Below the pieces are notes generated by a model. It saw nothing but the letters and a program-made list of their open reading frames with translations, was not told the DNA's origin and made no database searches. The position numbers and the translations under genes were made by a program. Source: a virus (lineage: Duplodnaviria; Caudoviricetes). Taken from it: 64,000 nt of DNA. The stretch's first letter is position 1. Every line of letters begins with the position of its first letter. This document shows positions 9,342 through 19,951 of the stretch, piece by piece. Location: positions 1-64,000 of IMG/VR virus record IMGVR_UViG_3300046678_000278, one strand, 5' to 3'.

Positions 9342-11522
9342 ATGAGTCAAATAGAACAAAGATTAAGAAGATTAGAAAAGCTTTTAAGTGAATCTCAATA
9401 TGATGCTAGACATATAGTTCGCTCTGAATTATATCACAGAGAACGATTGGATATGCAACCAGAAGCCGTTCCTCATATGATTAGTGCTCTCTGTGTTAAC
9501 ACTATAGACCCAATGGCAGAAGGGCAAGTGCAATTTTATACGCCGTTTGTTACTGGTCCAGGTGTTCAAGTTAAAGATTTGCCTTGGGCATATCCTGTTT
9601 CGCCATTTGGTGGTTTTGATGATTCTGGTGTAACTTGGGTTCCACCTGCTGGTTCTAAACTGGCTCTATTGTGTGAAAATGGAGATATTCATCATTGTTA
9701 TTACATTGGAACTTTTTGGACAGGAACAAGAGGCGTAAACCCAGGTACTAATCAAGGTTCTATAGCAGAACAAGATATAGGCGACATGCCATCTGAGGAT
9801 AATAATAGATTAGACGTATGGGGTTATCATATACCAGAATATGATTGTGTTTGGGAAGGTACAAGAGATGGTTATAACCTTGGATCAAATGATGGGGATC
9901 AAGTTAAACAACCTTGGAATACAGACAATGTTCAAGCAAAAGATTGGGACACGCAAGATGATTTTGATCCAAATCCAGAATCAAATCAGTTTATGACTTA
10001 TCCTCACATATATGGATGGAAGACACCTGGAAAACATTATGCCAAGTATCAAGATGGGGATCATAAATGTAATGAAAAATGGAGTAGAGTAGAACATGCC
10101 AGTGGTCGTGGCAACATCTTTATGATGAAAGACGACCATTTACATCCAGCAGCGCAGTGGGCTTTTAATGGAGATTCTGGTGTAGATTTAAGTGAATGTC
10201 ATTCTCCGATGGAAGACTTCTCAGATTGCACAGACCCTAATGAAACTTCTGAATGTGATGGTGAAGAAAGCAATCAAGAAATTAGTAAAGAAGAATTTGG
10301 TAATCCATTCTATAAACGCAAAGAGGAAATGAGATTTTATCAAGCGCCTAAATCACTTGCTCAATATCAGAATCCAAAATGTGAATTGCCTCAGAGTGGT
10401 TTTCAACTACAATCTTTATCTGGTATTCAATTTGTAGCTGATGATAGTGTAGATCAACCTCAAGGTGTCCCAAATTGGAAACTGGATTTTGATTGGGGAT
10501 GTAATGATGTTGCAAAGTGTAAAGTTTTTATTCGTTCTGCTACTGGTCACTACATTGGCGCTAATGATACAGAAGATGACACACTTATTCGTGGAGAGCT
10601 TAATGGCATTAGAATATCCACAGCAGGAAGTAATAAGATTTTAATGTCGGATCATACATTAGGAGAAAAGGGAGAGCCAACAGAAGCCGGTGATAAGCGT
10701 GGTATCTTTATAGAAAGCACGTCTAAGCATGTTCTAGAAATGCATGATGAAGGCAATAAACAGCATAGTTTGCCAAGACAGCATCCGCCCATAGACCCAG
10801 AAACAGGGGATCAAGAGAATATTTCCGATGCTAAGGCAGATAAGGCTTATGTATTGCTTCGTTCTGGATATGGATTGCAGTTAAGAATGGAAGATGCTTC
10901 TAGTCAGGAAGAGACACAGAATCAATATTTGCAATTATTAGCTCCACAGAAGGATAATGAGGAACGTGGTCCCCATATGATGGTGATGCAAGAACAACCA
11001 GAAGGTCCAGGTTTAGTTCTAATGCGTGCTGGTGGAGTATATTATATAAATTCCTATGATGATTCTATAGAAGTTGTTGGCGATGAGAACAATCCAATTC
11101 CAGCTAATAAATTTGTTCAGGTAATGGGTGATTATATTGTAGATGTTAACAATTATTATTTTAACCATAATAAACTTACTATTTTTCAATCGGAAACTTA
11201 TATTGTCTTGTTTGCCGGAAGAGATTGTAATGATCCACAGGCCGAAGCCGAATCAGCAGGTCAAGCGGCTAATGATAACGTTCAGATTGCTATGCAGTCT
11301 AATGATTTGGGAGTTCCTAATCAATTACCGTTGAATAAACGTCCTTGTTTACATCCTGTAGTGACAGGCGCTGACCCTTGGGTGTGTCCTGTAACTGGAT
11401 TCGTTCATTTTGGTGTAATAGCCGATCCAGCAGACCCAACACGACTTTTGCATAATAGTTTGAGTGATAGGGTTTTTGCATCTAAATCAAAAGACAAAAA
11501 TCCAGAAAACATAGAGGTGTAG
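9342..11522 (+). CDS. Central spike protein (gp5/VgrG OB-fold)
   Basis: DPMAEGQV...LPWAYP...WVPPAGSKL..LCENGD...YYIG OB-fold motif, followed by beta-strand repeats; no lysozyme domain seen. Confidence 0.8.
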   Translation: MSQIEQRLRRLEKLLSESQYDARHIVRSELYHRERLDMQPEAVPHMISALCVNTIDPMAEGQVQFYTPFVTGPGVQVKDLPWAYPVSPFGGFDDSGVTWVPPAGSKLALLCENGDIHHCYYIGTFWTGTRGVNPGTNQGSIAEQDIGDMPSEDNNRLDVWGYHIPEYDCVWEGTRDGYNLGSNDGDQVKQPWNTDNVQAKDWDTQDDFDPNPESNQFMTYPHIYGWKTPGKHYAKYQDGDHKCNEKWSRVEHASGRGNIFMMKDDHLHPAAQWAFNGDSGVDLSECHSPMEDFSDCTDPNETSECDGEESNQEISKEEFGNPFYKRKEEMRFYQAPKSLAQYQNPKCELPQSGFQLQSLSGIQFVADDSVDQPQGVPNWKLDFDWGCNDVAKCKVFIRSATGHYIGANDTEDDTLIRGELNGIRISTAGSNKILMSDHTLGEKGEPTEAGDKRGIFIESTSKHVLEMHDEGNKQHSLPRQHPPIDPETGDQENISDAKADKAYVLLRSGYGLQLRMEDASSQEETQNQYLQLLAPQKDNEERGPHMMVMQEQPEGPGLVLMRAGGVYYINSYDDSIEVVGDENNPIPANKFVQVMGDYIVDVNNYYFNHNKLTIFQSETYIVLFAGRDCNDPQAEAESAGQAANDNVQIAMQSNDLGVPNQLPLNKRPCLHPVVTGADPWVCPVTGFVHFGVIADPADPTRLLHNSLSDRVFASKSKDKNPENIEV

Positions 11523-11532
11523 TAAATAGAAT

Positions 11533-11964
11533 ATGGCAAATAATAGTAATAGTTGGAAAGGTTTTCCTTATCCTATTGTTAAGAACCCTGGTGGATTTTT
11601 TAAATCTAAGAGCGGTGCTGCACAAATCAAGTCAGATTTGTTGATTTTGTTATTAACATACCCTGGCGAACGTGTAATGCTTCCAGAGTTTGGAACACCG
11701 CTACAAGATTTAATTTTTGAACCTGGAGATAGCACACTTATTAATCAAGCAAGACAGATGATTATAAAGTCTATTAACAGGTGGGAGCCAAGGGTTCGTA
11801 TTGATAAAATTGAGGTTACGATAAATCCATCTGCAAAACATCTTAATAAAAATGATAATTTAGATGAAAGATTTGCTATTTTAAATATTAGGATTCTATT
11901 TAATGATCCTGATGTTTTAACCCACTTACAGGAATTAGTATTAGATGTGCCTTTGCCATCTTAA
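11533..11964 (+). CDS. Baseplate gp25/gpW-like protein
   Basis: LLLTYPGERVMLPEFGT...IFEP...INRWEPRV. Confidence 0.9.
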   Translation: MANNSNSWKGFPYPIVKNPGGFFKSKSGAAQIKSDLLILLLTYPGERVMLPEFGTPLQDLIFEPGDSTLINQARQMIIKSINRWEPRVRIDKIEVTINPSAKHLNKNDNLDERFAILNIRILFNDPDVLTHLQELVLDVPLPS

Positions 11965-11978
11965 TAAAGGTATAACTT

Positions 11979-13541
11979 ATGTCAAATGATTGTCCTACAT
12001 TATTGAGTCCATTAGCGCAATCTCAACAAGCAGCATCGGAGATTTTGCCGTCATTGAATTACACTAATCAAGATTTTGCCTCTTTAAAAACAAGGCTTGC
12101 TTTATTAGTTGAACAAAGATTTGCAAATGATTTCACTGATTTTTTTGAATCCGATCTTGGCGTTATGTTAATTGAGGCTTATGCTTTTTGTACTGATATG
12201 TTGTCTTTTAAAATAGATCAACAAGGCAACGAAAGATATATTGATACTGTTGCAGAACTTGCTAACGCTTTTCGTATTTGTAAAGCGGTAGGATTTCAGC
12301 CAACGCCGCCCATAGCTTCTACTGCTTTGTTCAGTGTTACAATTAATACTTTGCTTCAAACAGACCTAGTTATTCCTTCTGGTTATCCAGTCACAGCCAC
12401 TAGTAATGTTGGCAGTATAGGACAGATTATTTATCAACTTTATCCAGCAGATTTAGATAATAACCCAATTTTCGATCAAGATATCCTAATTTCGGCAGGT
12501 TCTTTTACTAATACCTCAATTATTGGTGTTGCAGGAAAAACATTTAATGATTCACATACTTCTACTGGAGTAGTGAACCAAACTTACACTTTACTTCAAT
12601 CTCCTGTATTATTTGATAGTGTTACGGTTGTTGTAAATGGAACAGTGTGGACGCAAGTTGATTTCTTTACGGATTCAAAGCCAAGATTTGAATATAGAGT
12701 TGAATATGATTCCAAGTGGAATGCAACTGTTATATTTGGCAACGGTCAGGCTGGATATATTCCAAGTCAAGGATCACAGATTCAAATAACATATAGAGTT
12801 GGTGGTGGAACTAGTGGAAACGTTGTTACTGGTGCTTTTAATTTTCAAGCAGGTTTCTTAGTCCCAGGATTCAATATAACTGTTCCTGTAACGTTCATTA
12901 ATTATACAGCAGGCAGTAATGGATATGATGGAGATACGATTGATGATATTCGTAGAAAACTTCCTGCGTTTGTTAAGGTTCAAAACAGAGCAGTAACAGG
13001 GGAAGATTATAAATTAAGTGCTGAACTTTTTGCTTCTCCATATAACGGACAAGTCGGTAAAGCTACTGCTGTTCTTAGAAATCATGGTTGTGCTGGAAAT
13101 ATAGTGGATTTATTTATTTTGTCTAGGGATGGAGCTAATGGATTAACTCAAGCAAGCGATCAATTAAAAATTGATTTGGCTGCTCATATGGATGATATTA
13201 AAATGCTTACAGATTATCTTTGCGTAAAAGACGGAGTTGTAGTTTTTGTTGATACTGTTATTGATTTGCATATTCCTAAGTTTTATAGAAAATTTGCAGC
13301 ACAAATACAAGCACAAGCTCAACAAATTCTTACTTCGTTTTATCAGCTTGGAAATTGGGAATATGGTAAAATATTGAAGTCTAATGATTTATTACAGTCA
13401 TTATCTTCTATTAAGCAAGTTACAAATGTTAATATTACATTTATAACTAATAACCAAAACCAACCATTAGATGTTGTGGTCCCAAAATATTATGAAATTA
13501 TTCGTCCAGATAACACAAATATAGTTCTTACTTTTGAGTAA
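11979..13541 (+). CDS. Baseplate wedge gp6/J-like protein
   Basis: LNYTNQDF, FGNGQAGYIP, YRVGGGTSGNV, QNRAVTGEDY. Confidence 0.9.
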   Translation: MSNDCPTLLSPLAQSQQAASEILPSLNYTNQDFASLKTRLALLVEQRFANDFTDFFESDLGVMLIEAYAFCTDMLSFKIDQQGNERYIDTVAELANAFRICKAVGFQPTPPIASTALFSVTINTLLQTDLVIPSGYPVTATSNVGSIGQIIYQLYPADLDNNPIFDQDILISAGSFTNTSIIGVAGKTFNDSHTSTGVVNQTYTLLQSPVLFDSVTVVVNGTVWTQVDFFTDSKPRFEYRVEYDSKWNATVIFGNGQAGYIPSQGSQIQITYRVGGGTSGNVVTGAFNFQAGFLVPGFNITVPVTFINYTAGSNGYDGDTIDDIRRKLPAFVKVQNRAVTGEDYKLSAELFASPYNGQVGKATAVLRNHGCAGNIVDLFILSRDGANGLTQASDQLKIDLAAHMDDIKMLTDYLCVKDGVVVFVDTVIDLHIPKFYRKFAAQIQAQAQQILTSFYQLGNWEYGKILKSNDLLQSLSSIKQVTNVNITFITNNQNQPLDVVVPKYYEIIRPDNTNIVLTFE

Positions 13542-13544
13542 AAT

Positions 13545-16505
13545 ATGGCATTACTAAAAATTGACCAGAATCCGACAATAACAGATACGATACTTTTCGA
13601 TCTTTTTACAACTGACGATAGTGGTGTTGCCATTACTCCGTATAAGGTAAATGCTGTTACTATTTATTTTATTGAAAGAAATTACGTTTCAAGCAATTTA
13701 GAAGAATTTGATTTAGACATTAGTGGATTTCAATCAACTTTTAATTATAAGAATGCAGCCCCCATACAAGTTTTTGGTTCAGATGACTTCCCAGCTTGGT
13801 TATCATCGGATACAGCAGATGCTTTCTTAACTCAAGTTTTGTTTGATGAAAATAACAATCCAGAAGTAGGACATTTTCAATTAGAATGGACACCATCCCA
13901 AAATACTAATACAAGAGAAGGCGATTATTTTCTTTGTTATACTTGGACACCAATACCAGCAGGGACTTCCCTATCCACCTTGTTTTATTTCAATATTGGT
14001 GGTGCATTTTTGGCTCCTACAATACCAAGCCAACAAACTAATCCTATAAAGTATCCAACACTATTAAGTCGCTATACACCAAGTATGTTTAAGCAGTTTT
14101 TATCTGCTGCTGATGTTACTCCGACAGTAATTGAAAAAACAAATTTGGCTGTTGCTGATGGGTTTACGGAAATAGAAAATCTATCAAATCAATTAGTTAA
14201 TCTATGGGATGCTAATCTAGTAAAAGAAACATTTTTGCCTTATTTGGCTAATATGTTTAAATGGAAATTGCGTAGTGGCGATCCTACTTTGTGGAGAAAA
14301 CAAGTTGGCAATGCAATTTCAATGTATAAGCAAAAAGGAACACTTAAAGGTTTAAGAGAAGCACTCAAAAACTCTGGTGTTGATTTTAAGAAAATAACCT
14401 ACTATTGGCAGATTATAAGTAATTTTACTTGGCAGGAAGCATTCATTGTAACAAATCAAACGCAATTTTGTTTATCTAAGAAGGCTTTATTGCCCGTAGA
14501 AAGCGACAATTTCCATATTTTCTATAGGGCTAATGGAACGTTAAATTATGTAGAGGTTCCATTAAATTATGTTCAGTTTGTTACTACAAGTTCGACAAAT
14601 GAAAACTGTGAGAATAATTCTGTTAACACCACTTGTGTAAATTGGGTTACTAACATTATAACTCTTCAAGCTGGCGATGTAGTTAGAATACTTTATAAAG
14701 TAGCTGAACCAGTTGACCAACAATTAGAAAATTATATTCAAACATTAGACTTGGCCGATCAAAGGGATGAGATTACAGTAACATTTCCATCTAAGAACTG
14801 GAATGTTAGATTAATTGCTGAGGATGACATCTTGTTCCCAGTAATAGTTCCAGTCAAACATCCTTTTGCATATGCTTCGGTTTATGGTAGAAAGAGAACA
14901 GAGTTTCCATATTCAGAACAGATATATAACATGGAAGAGTATAATGGATCGACTAGAGATTCAACTGATCCTTGCGATTTAGATTATACATTTTCTGATG
15001 TTTGTACAGCTTGTCGCAGTAGTAAGATTTCAATAGATGTTTCTATAGAAGAGTTGTCAAGTGATAGAATTGAGGAAGTAGAAGAGGTTATTAAGGATTT
15101 CATTCCTTTTCATGCTGTTTTGCACTCAATCAATTATGTTGGATTAACAGATGAGTTTATACCTCCTCCAATAGAAGAATTAGAATGTTTGATACAATGC
15201 AATCTTGAAGACAATATTGCATTCAGCCAGTTTGATTTTGATAGAATAATTATAGACGGATTAAATCCTGGCAATATAACCCGTGATATGCTATCGAACG
15301 CAACCACTGTGGCTGTTGGAACAGATGGTACTGGAGTTAATCTTGCGTATACTATTTTTTCTCCTGGTATTGATTTTGGCGAAATAGGAATTAATGACAC
15401 CAATAATCTTTTAGAGATTTTATCTGGCACTAATCAAGGAGAGTATTCATTACTTGATCCTCCATCGCCAGTTGCCGATGTTGTAGGCATTACTCAATAT
15501 CCACTGGATCATGCTGGTTTTCCATTTAGATTTTCTAATATTCAATATGAAGAAATGAGTGTCAGTGTATATCAAGAGAATTTTGTAACATTTACAGATT
15601 CAGATATTGATTTCTCTTTATTCCCAATCCCAGATGAAGATGTGTGGGTTATTAACGTAACTAGTGGTTCTAATATTGGAACTTATTCAATTAATAGAGT
15701 TTTACCAAATAACACATTGGTTTTAACTGGATGGACTGCTGGTGCTGATTCTGGATTTACATATGACTTAAACGCTCCTGGCAATATTAATGTTGCTTCT
15801 GGGATTAGTGGAATAGTTTCTGTTTCCCAAAGAGGAAAAGTCCAAACACAAGTTCTAGATCACTTCAATGTTCAAAAAGGTGACTATGTATTATTTGGTG
15901 GACAACAATATCCTTTGATTTATATAGACAAACAACTTCCTTCACCTACAAATGATTACTTGCACATTGAGGGTTATTCTGGTGGGGATCAAATCGGTAG
16001 TGTTAATATTAAGATTCTAAGAAGATTAGTTGATAATGCTGTTGGGTATTTAAATTTCCGTGGTATGCAGTTACAAACAGTTTCAGATTATGAAGTGACG
16101 CTAGGAATACAAAACGGTCAAAATCCACTAAGTCCAATGGTTGAGAATAGTGATTTTAAGGAGAATTATTTAATACTAATTGGTTCAACTTATTATGCAA
16201 TGGCTGATATTGATGGACAAAGTATTACTCTTAATGGTCCCGTATTGGATTGGGGAACACTGGGTCAAACAACTATGGTTAGTTATACAATAATTCAACT
16301 TGTTAATATGCCAATTTCAGTACAGAGTGGCTATGATGAGCAATATAGAACATTTGATTTTGTTGATAGAAGAGGCGATGTAGTATTTATGGAAGAACAA
16401 ACGTTAACTATAGGTTTTAAATTGGCGATGTTAAACAATCCAGATTCAATTAGCGAAACAGTTAGGGCTAAAGAGAAGATTTGGTGTACTGTTACTGAAC
16501 AGTAA
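13545..16505 (+). CDS. Baseplate wedge gp7/tail protein I-like protein
   Basis: FLPYLANMFKW...YKQKGTLKGL and IKDFIPFH motifs; follows gp6. Confidence 0.7.
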   Translation: MALLKIDQNPTITDTILFDLFTTDDSGVAITPYKVNAVTIYFIERNYVSSNLEEFDLDISGFQSTFNYKNAAPIQVFGSDDFPAWLSSDTADAFLTQVLFDENNNPEVGHFQLEWTPSQNTNTREGDYFLCYTWTPIPAGTSLSTLFYFNIGGAFLAPTIPSQQTNPIKYPTLLSRYTPSMFKQFLSAADVTPTVIEKTNLAVADGFTEIENLSNQLVNLWDANLVKETFLPYLANMFKWKLRSGDPTLWRKQVGNAISMYKQKGTLKGLREALKNSGVDFKKITYYWQIISNFTWQEAFIVTNQTQFCLSKKALLPVESDNFHIFYRANGTLNYVEVPLNYVQFVTTSSTNENCENNSVNTTCVNWVTNIITLQAGDVVRILYKVAEPVDQQLENYIQTLDLADQRDEITVTFPSKNWNVRLIAEDDILFPVIVPVKHPFAYASVYGRKRTEFPYSEQIYNMEEYNGSTRDSTDPCDLDYTFSDVCTACRSSKISIDVSIEELSSDRIEEVEEVIKDFIPFHAVLHSINYVGLTDEFIPPPIEELECLIQCNLEDNIAFSQFDFDRIIIDGLNPGNITRDMLSNATTVAVGTDGTGVNLAYTIFSPGIDFGEIGINDTNNLLEILSGTNQGEYSLLDPPSPVADVVGITQYPLDHAGFPFRFSNIQYEEMSVSVYQENFVTFTDSDIDFSLFPIPDEDVWVINVTSGSNIGTYSINRVLPNNTLVLTGWTAGADSGFTYDLNAPGNINVASGISGIVSVSQRGKVQTQVLDHFNVQKGDYVLFGGQQYPLIYIDKQLPSPTNDYLHIEGYSGGDQIGSVNIKILRRLVDNAVGYLNFRGMQLQTVSDYEVTLGIQNGQNPLSPMVENSDFKENYLILIGSTYYAMADIDGQSITLNGPVLDWGTLGQTTMVSYTIIQLVNMPISVQSGYDEQYRTFDFVDRRGDVVFMEEQTLTIGFKLAMLNNPDSISETVRAKEKIWCTVTEQ

Positions 16506-17199
16506 TTTTAAAAGGAAACCACATAACGCTTTTTACACTAACATAAGCTCCCAATGAAGGATTTCTACCACTAGTTGCCATACCACCATGACTTTTATCA
16601 CCCATATGTTGATCTTTTGGCTTGCCTAGTTGAATATCTTTTATATTAATGTTTACACCCTTGAAGTATTGTTCTATGTTGTCTTCTAAGCCTAGTTTAA
16701 CATCTTCTGGGTTGTGGCCTTTTTCCCATCTCCATATTTCTACCATTTTGGATTTGGCACTAGCAAAAGCATCTAATAGATTCCAAAAAAATTCTTCATC
16801 ATTAATACAGATGGATTTAACATCTAAAGTTTTCCATAGAGAACTTTTTAGTATTTGACTTTTGAAATCGGCAAGAAAAGATTCAAAGATACCAGGAGAA
16901 ACCCATTTTGGTCCTAACATCCATCTGGCAGTTGCTTCTACTAGACCTCTGTATCCACCTTGAGTTGGTGTTACATATTCTAGTCTGGTACTTTTTAATG
17001 GATGGCCTTTTTGCATGATTGTTTCGGTAAAATCGCCACCTACTTCCTTCCAACCTACTTGAGAAATCCAACGTTCAATGGTTTGCCTGTCAAAATTACA
17101 GTCATCACCATTTTCGTCATTATCTATTGGTGGTTCACTAATAGTAGATCGGTTTCTTGTAAGTGTTGCTACTTCAAGGAATTTTTTGAAGCTCTTCAT
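16492..17199 (-). CDS. Hypothetical protein with capsid-targeting-like N-terminus
   Basis: MKSFKKFLE; CTAAATA 5 nt upstream; inverted within the baseplate operon. Confidence 0.6.
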   Translation of the reverse strand: MKSFKKFLEVATLTRNRSTISEPPIDNDENGDDCNFDRQTIERWISQVGWKEVGGDFTETIMQKGHPLKSTRLEYVTPTQGGYRGLVEATARWMLGPKWVSPGIFESFLADFKSQILKSSLWKTLDVKSICINDEEFFWNLLDAFASAKSKMVEIWRWEKGHNPEDVKLGLEDNIEQYFKGVNINIKDIQLGKPKDQHMGDKSHGGMATSGRNPSLGAYVSVKSVMWFPFKITVQ

Positions 17200-17230
17200 A
17201 ATTTTATTTAGAGCAATAGAGGTAAATAAT

Positions 17231-17755
17231 ATGAAATCTAACTATTTTAAGGTTTATATGGAACAGAAAATTGAAATACTAAATGATGATGTAGAAATCA
17301 AGTCTAATGGAAAGATTTTTCTAACCATGCTTAATAAAGACGGGACTGCTTCACAAATGGCTGTCCGTAATAAGGTTGTTTTAAGTGGTAGAAGTGCTTT
17401 AGCATCTATTGTAGCTAATCAATTTGAAGGCGTCTTTAGTTTTTATATAGCTAGAGTATTGTTTGGCAATAATGGTACTGTAGGTGGTGTTCCACGTTTT
17501 GTTGAAGATACGCAAACGGGTTTATTCGGTCCAGTTATTCTAGCCAAGCCTGTCATCGCAACAATCGACCCTCTTGCCACTTCGCAGGTTACTTTTACGA
17601 CTACTGTGGCTTTTGGAGAACTGGTTGGTTTTGCTATAAATGAAATGGCATTAGAGATGGCAAATGGTCAGATTTTCAGCATGGCAACTTTTGGAGATGT
17701 TAACAAGACATCTACTACCCAGCTTATTTATAATTGGCGGTTAAATTGGATTTAA
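17231..17755 (+). CDS. Baseplate/tail-fibre attachment protein
   Basis: NKVVLSGR...FG..G....INEMAL..ANGQIFS...K pattern; start at 17231 or 17258. Confidence 0.55.
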   Translation: MKSNYFKVYMEQKIEILNDDVEIKSNGKIFLTMLNKDGTASQMAVRNKVVLSGRSALASIVANQFEGVFSFYIARVLFGNNGTVGGVPRFVEDTQTGLFGPVILAKPVIATIDPLATSQVTFTTTVAFGELVGFAINEMALEMANGQIFSMATFGDVNKTSTTQLIYNWRLNWI

Positions 17756-17770
17756 CAGCATAAATAGAGT

Positions 17771-18043
17771 ATGGGCGCATTCAAACAATATATCGAAGGT
17801 GAAAGATATCCAAATCCAAATACTTTGTGTTCAGACATACCTAGCGTAAGAGCCAGGAAAATGTGTAATCGTCTAAGGATAATAACTATTCAAGATTTAG
17901 CAAGTCATAGTGTAAAAGAATTGAAATCAACACAACCAGGAAGCACTTTATCTAATGAAGATTGGGGTATGATTAGAAGATTCTTAATGGGTGCTGAATT
18001 AGCCTTTAAAGACGAATATTACTATCCACTAGAAGATTTATGA
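17771..18043 (+). CDS. RNA polymerase alpha-CTD-like protein with capsid-targeting-like N-terminus
   Basis: PSVRARKMCNRLRIITIQDL...ELK...IRRFL...LAF aligns with the alpha-CTD pattern LSVR..NCL...I.T..DL. Confidence 0.6.
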   Translation: MGAFKQYIEGERYPNPNTLCSDIPSVRARKMCNRLRIITIQDLASHSVKELKSTQPGSTLSNEDWGMIRRFLMGAELAFKDEYYYPLEDL

Positions 18044-18062
18044 ATCATTAGATAAATAGAGT

Positions 18063-18857
18063 ATGCCAAATATAAATCTAATTCCTGTTCCTCCTTATCT
18101 ACCGCTAACTCCATATCATCATTTAGCCGATCAAGCACCTATTGATGCACTAACAACTCGTATAGACATTGTTAATGCTCAAGTGGACATTGATGCTAAT
18201 ACATTAAGAAATTCTATTGGTACGTGTGGCAGCTTGGATAATAGGCTAAATCAATCTATTAATGAAGATGGAAGTCTCAAATCTACGGCGATTGATAGTG
18301 CTTTACATCAAATTTCAGAACACTTAGATGGTAATGGCTTTGTTAGAATGACGATTGGCGAAAGAACAAAGTTAAGTCTTATTGCTGATGAAGCTACTAA
18401 CTTTGGTGTTCAAATCAATACTGTATCTGGAATTATTGCCTTCAATCAGGGATTTTTGGATATAGAACCTTCTGATACTATCACATGGAGATATGAGAAT
18501 GGTTCTATTTACGCTGATAATGATTTTCCAAGTGCTGTAAGACATTTACACTATTATAACGTAAATCCAGTGCCAACAAATTTAATAACCCCTGACTATA
18601 TTAATTATTATACAACAAGCATTGCTACACCATACAAAGAGGGATCATTGAGAGTTTTCATAAATGGTGTTCGTTTAAGCCCAAATGCCTCTGTTGATGT
18701 TCCTATTTTTAATGGTACTGAATATGTTCCAACCTCTTTCTCTTTTAGTGAAGATACATCAGTAGTAGACGGAGTGGTAACAACTGGTTTGTTTAACCTT
18801 TCCAGCGCTATTGACAATACGATAACTATTTTTATAGACTTCGATGTTCTTTACTAG
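18063..18857 (+). CDS. Virion structural protein (tail fibre/whisker-like)
   Basis: N-terminal coiled coil and a beta domain with GSLRVFINGVRL; late promoter upstream. Confidence 0.5.
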   Translation: MPNINLIPVPPYLPLTPYHHLADQAPIDALTTRIDIVNAQVDIDANTLRNSIGTCGSLDNRLNQSINEDGSLKSTAIDSALHQISEHLDGNGFVRMTIGERTKLSLIADEATNFGVQINTVSGIIAFNQGFLDIEPSDTITWRYENGSIYADNDFPSAVRHLHYYNVNPVPTNLITPDYINYYTTSIATPYKEGSLRVFINGVRLSPNASVDVPIFNGTEYVPTSFSFSEDTSVVDGVVTTGLFNLSSAIDNTITIFIDFDVLY

Positions 18858-18866
18858 GATTAATAT

Positions 18867-19370
18867 ATGATTGATTTTCAGAAGTCCCTAGGATTTATAA
18901 TACTAAATCCAGATAATAATCCTACCGCTTTACGCATTACAACCAATACTATAAAGGATAATTTTCCTCATGCCAAGGTTGTATCTGTCATTGGCGCTAA
19001 GGCAGATGATAGTAAGCAAATTAAAGGCGGAAACACAATAACATCTTTAATGGATGCGGGTATTAAGAACTCTAAAACGGAGTGGTGTCTTATTACTATG
19101 GCAGGTACTTACATAAGGCACTATCATTTAAAAAAATATGATCTTTTTCTTAAAGATGAAAAAGAGATATTGTATCCTGTTGTCAATAAAAAGTATGCTT
19201 TTGACGATGCAACTATAAATGGTATTTTGATTCACAAGAAAGCCATTGAAGAAGTTGGTAAGTTTGGTGACGATAATTGGAATATACAGCTTGTTAAAAT
19301 GCTGTGGGCTATTAAAGCCATTGAAAAGGGATATAGATTTAAAGCACTTGTTGGAGCTAGATTAGCATGA
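18867..19370 (+). CDS. Degenerate GT-A glycosyltransferase-like protein
   Basis: DAGIKNSKTEWCLI and ILIHKKAIEEVGKFGD...KGYRF resemble the GT2 core; DxD not evident. Confidence 0.45.
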   Translation: MIDFQKSLGFIILNPDNNPTALRITTNTIKDNFPHAKVVSVIGAKADDSKQIKGGNTITSLMDAGIKNSKTEWCLITMAGTYIRHYHLKKYDLFLKDEKEILYPVVNKKYAFDDATINGILIHKKAIEEVGKFGDDNWNIQLVKMLWAIKAIEKGYRFKALVGARLA

Positions 19371-19948
19371 TGGAAATTGAAGAATTATTGAAAAACTCAC
19401 AAATGGGAAGTCCCACATTCTTCCAATTAAATTATTTCGTAATTGGCAAAGAACCTACGCCACAATCTAAAATGCACAAATGCATTGAGGAAATTAGAGA
19501 TAGGTATAAGGCTATTAAAAATATAAAGTTTGAAATAGATGAACTTAAAGACCAAAATGAACTTCTATCTTTGTCTTTAATAGAGGTAAAGACCAGTAAA
19601 GATTATGAGATTAGAATTAGACAAGTAGATAGAAAAATAGATTCTAATATTGAACAAATTGAATTTCTCAAATCTAAAATTGATTCTTATGAAAAAGAAA
19701 TAAAGTTTTTGAAAGAATTGTTTGACCAGATTAATGAAAGAGTTCCATTAAAGCCTTGGGATGATTACAATGTTCAATTAGAGTATTGGAATGCTAAAAT
19801 GACTCAAGAGATTAATACTAGAGCTATTATGGGTCTTCCAGCAGATTTAGAAACGATTAAACTGATAGCCGCACTTCCAGACCAGATGCCAATTAAAAAG
19901 CAGTTATTAAGTCATATTGAAAAAAAGACGTTGCCAAAAGATAAATAG
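19367..19948 (+). CDS. Coiled-coil hypothetical protein
   Basis: 193 aa with a long heptad region. Confidence 0.55.
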   Translation: MMEIEELLKNSQMGSPTFFQLNYFVIGKEPTPQSKMHKCIEEIRDRYKAIKNIKFEIDELKDQNELLSLSLIEVKTSKDYEIRIRQVDRKIDSNIEQIEFLKSKIDSYEKEIKFLKELFDQINERVPLKPWDDYNVQLEYWNAKMTQEINTRAIMGLPADLETIKLIAALPDQMPIKKQLLSHIEKKTLPKDK

Positions 19949-19951
19949 TTC

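Noticed and set aside
6842-16505. Bacterial extracellular contractile injection system or tailocin locus
   Set aside because: The context includes gp2, T4-like late promoters, and phage replication, recombination and nucleotide genes; it fits a lytic phage.
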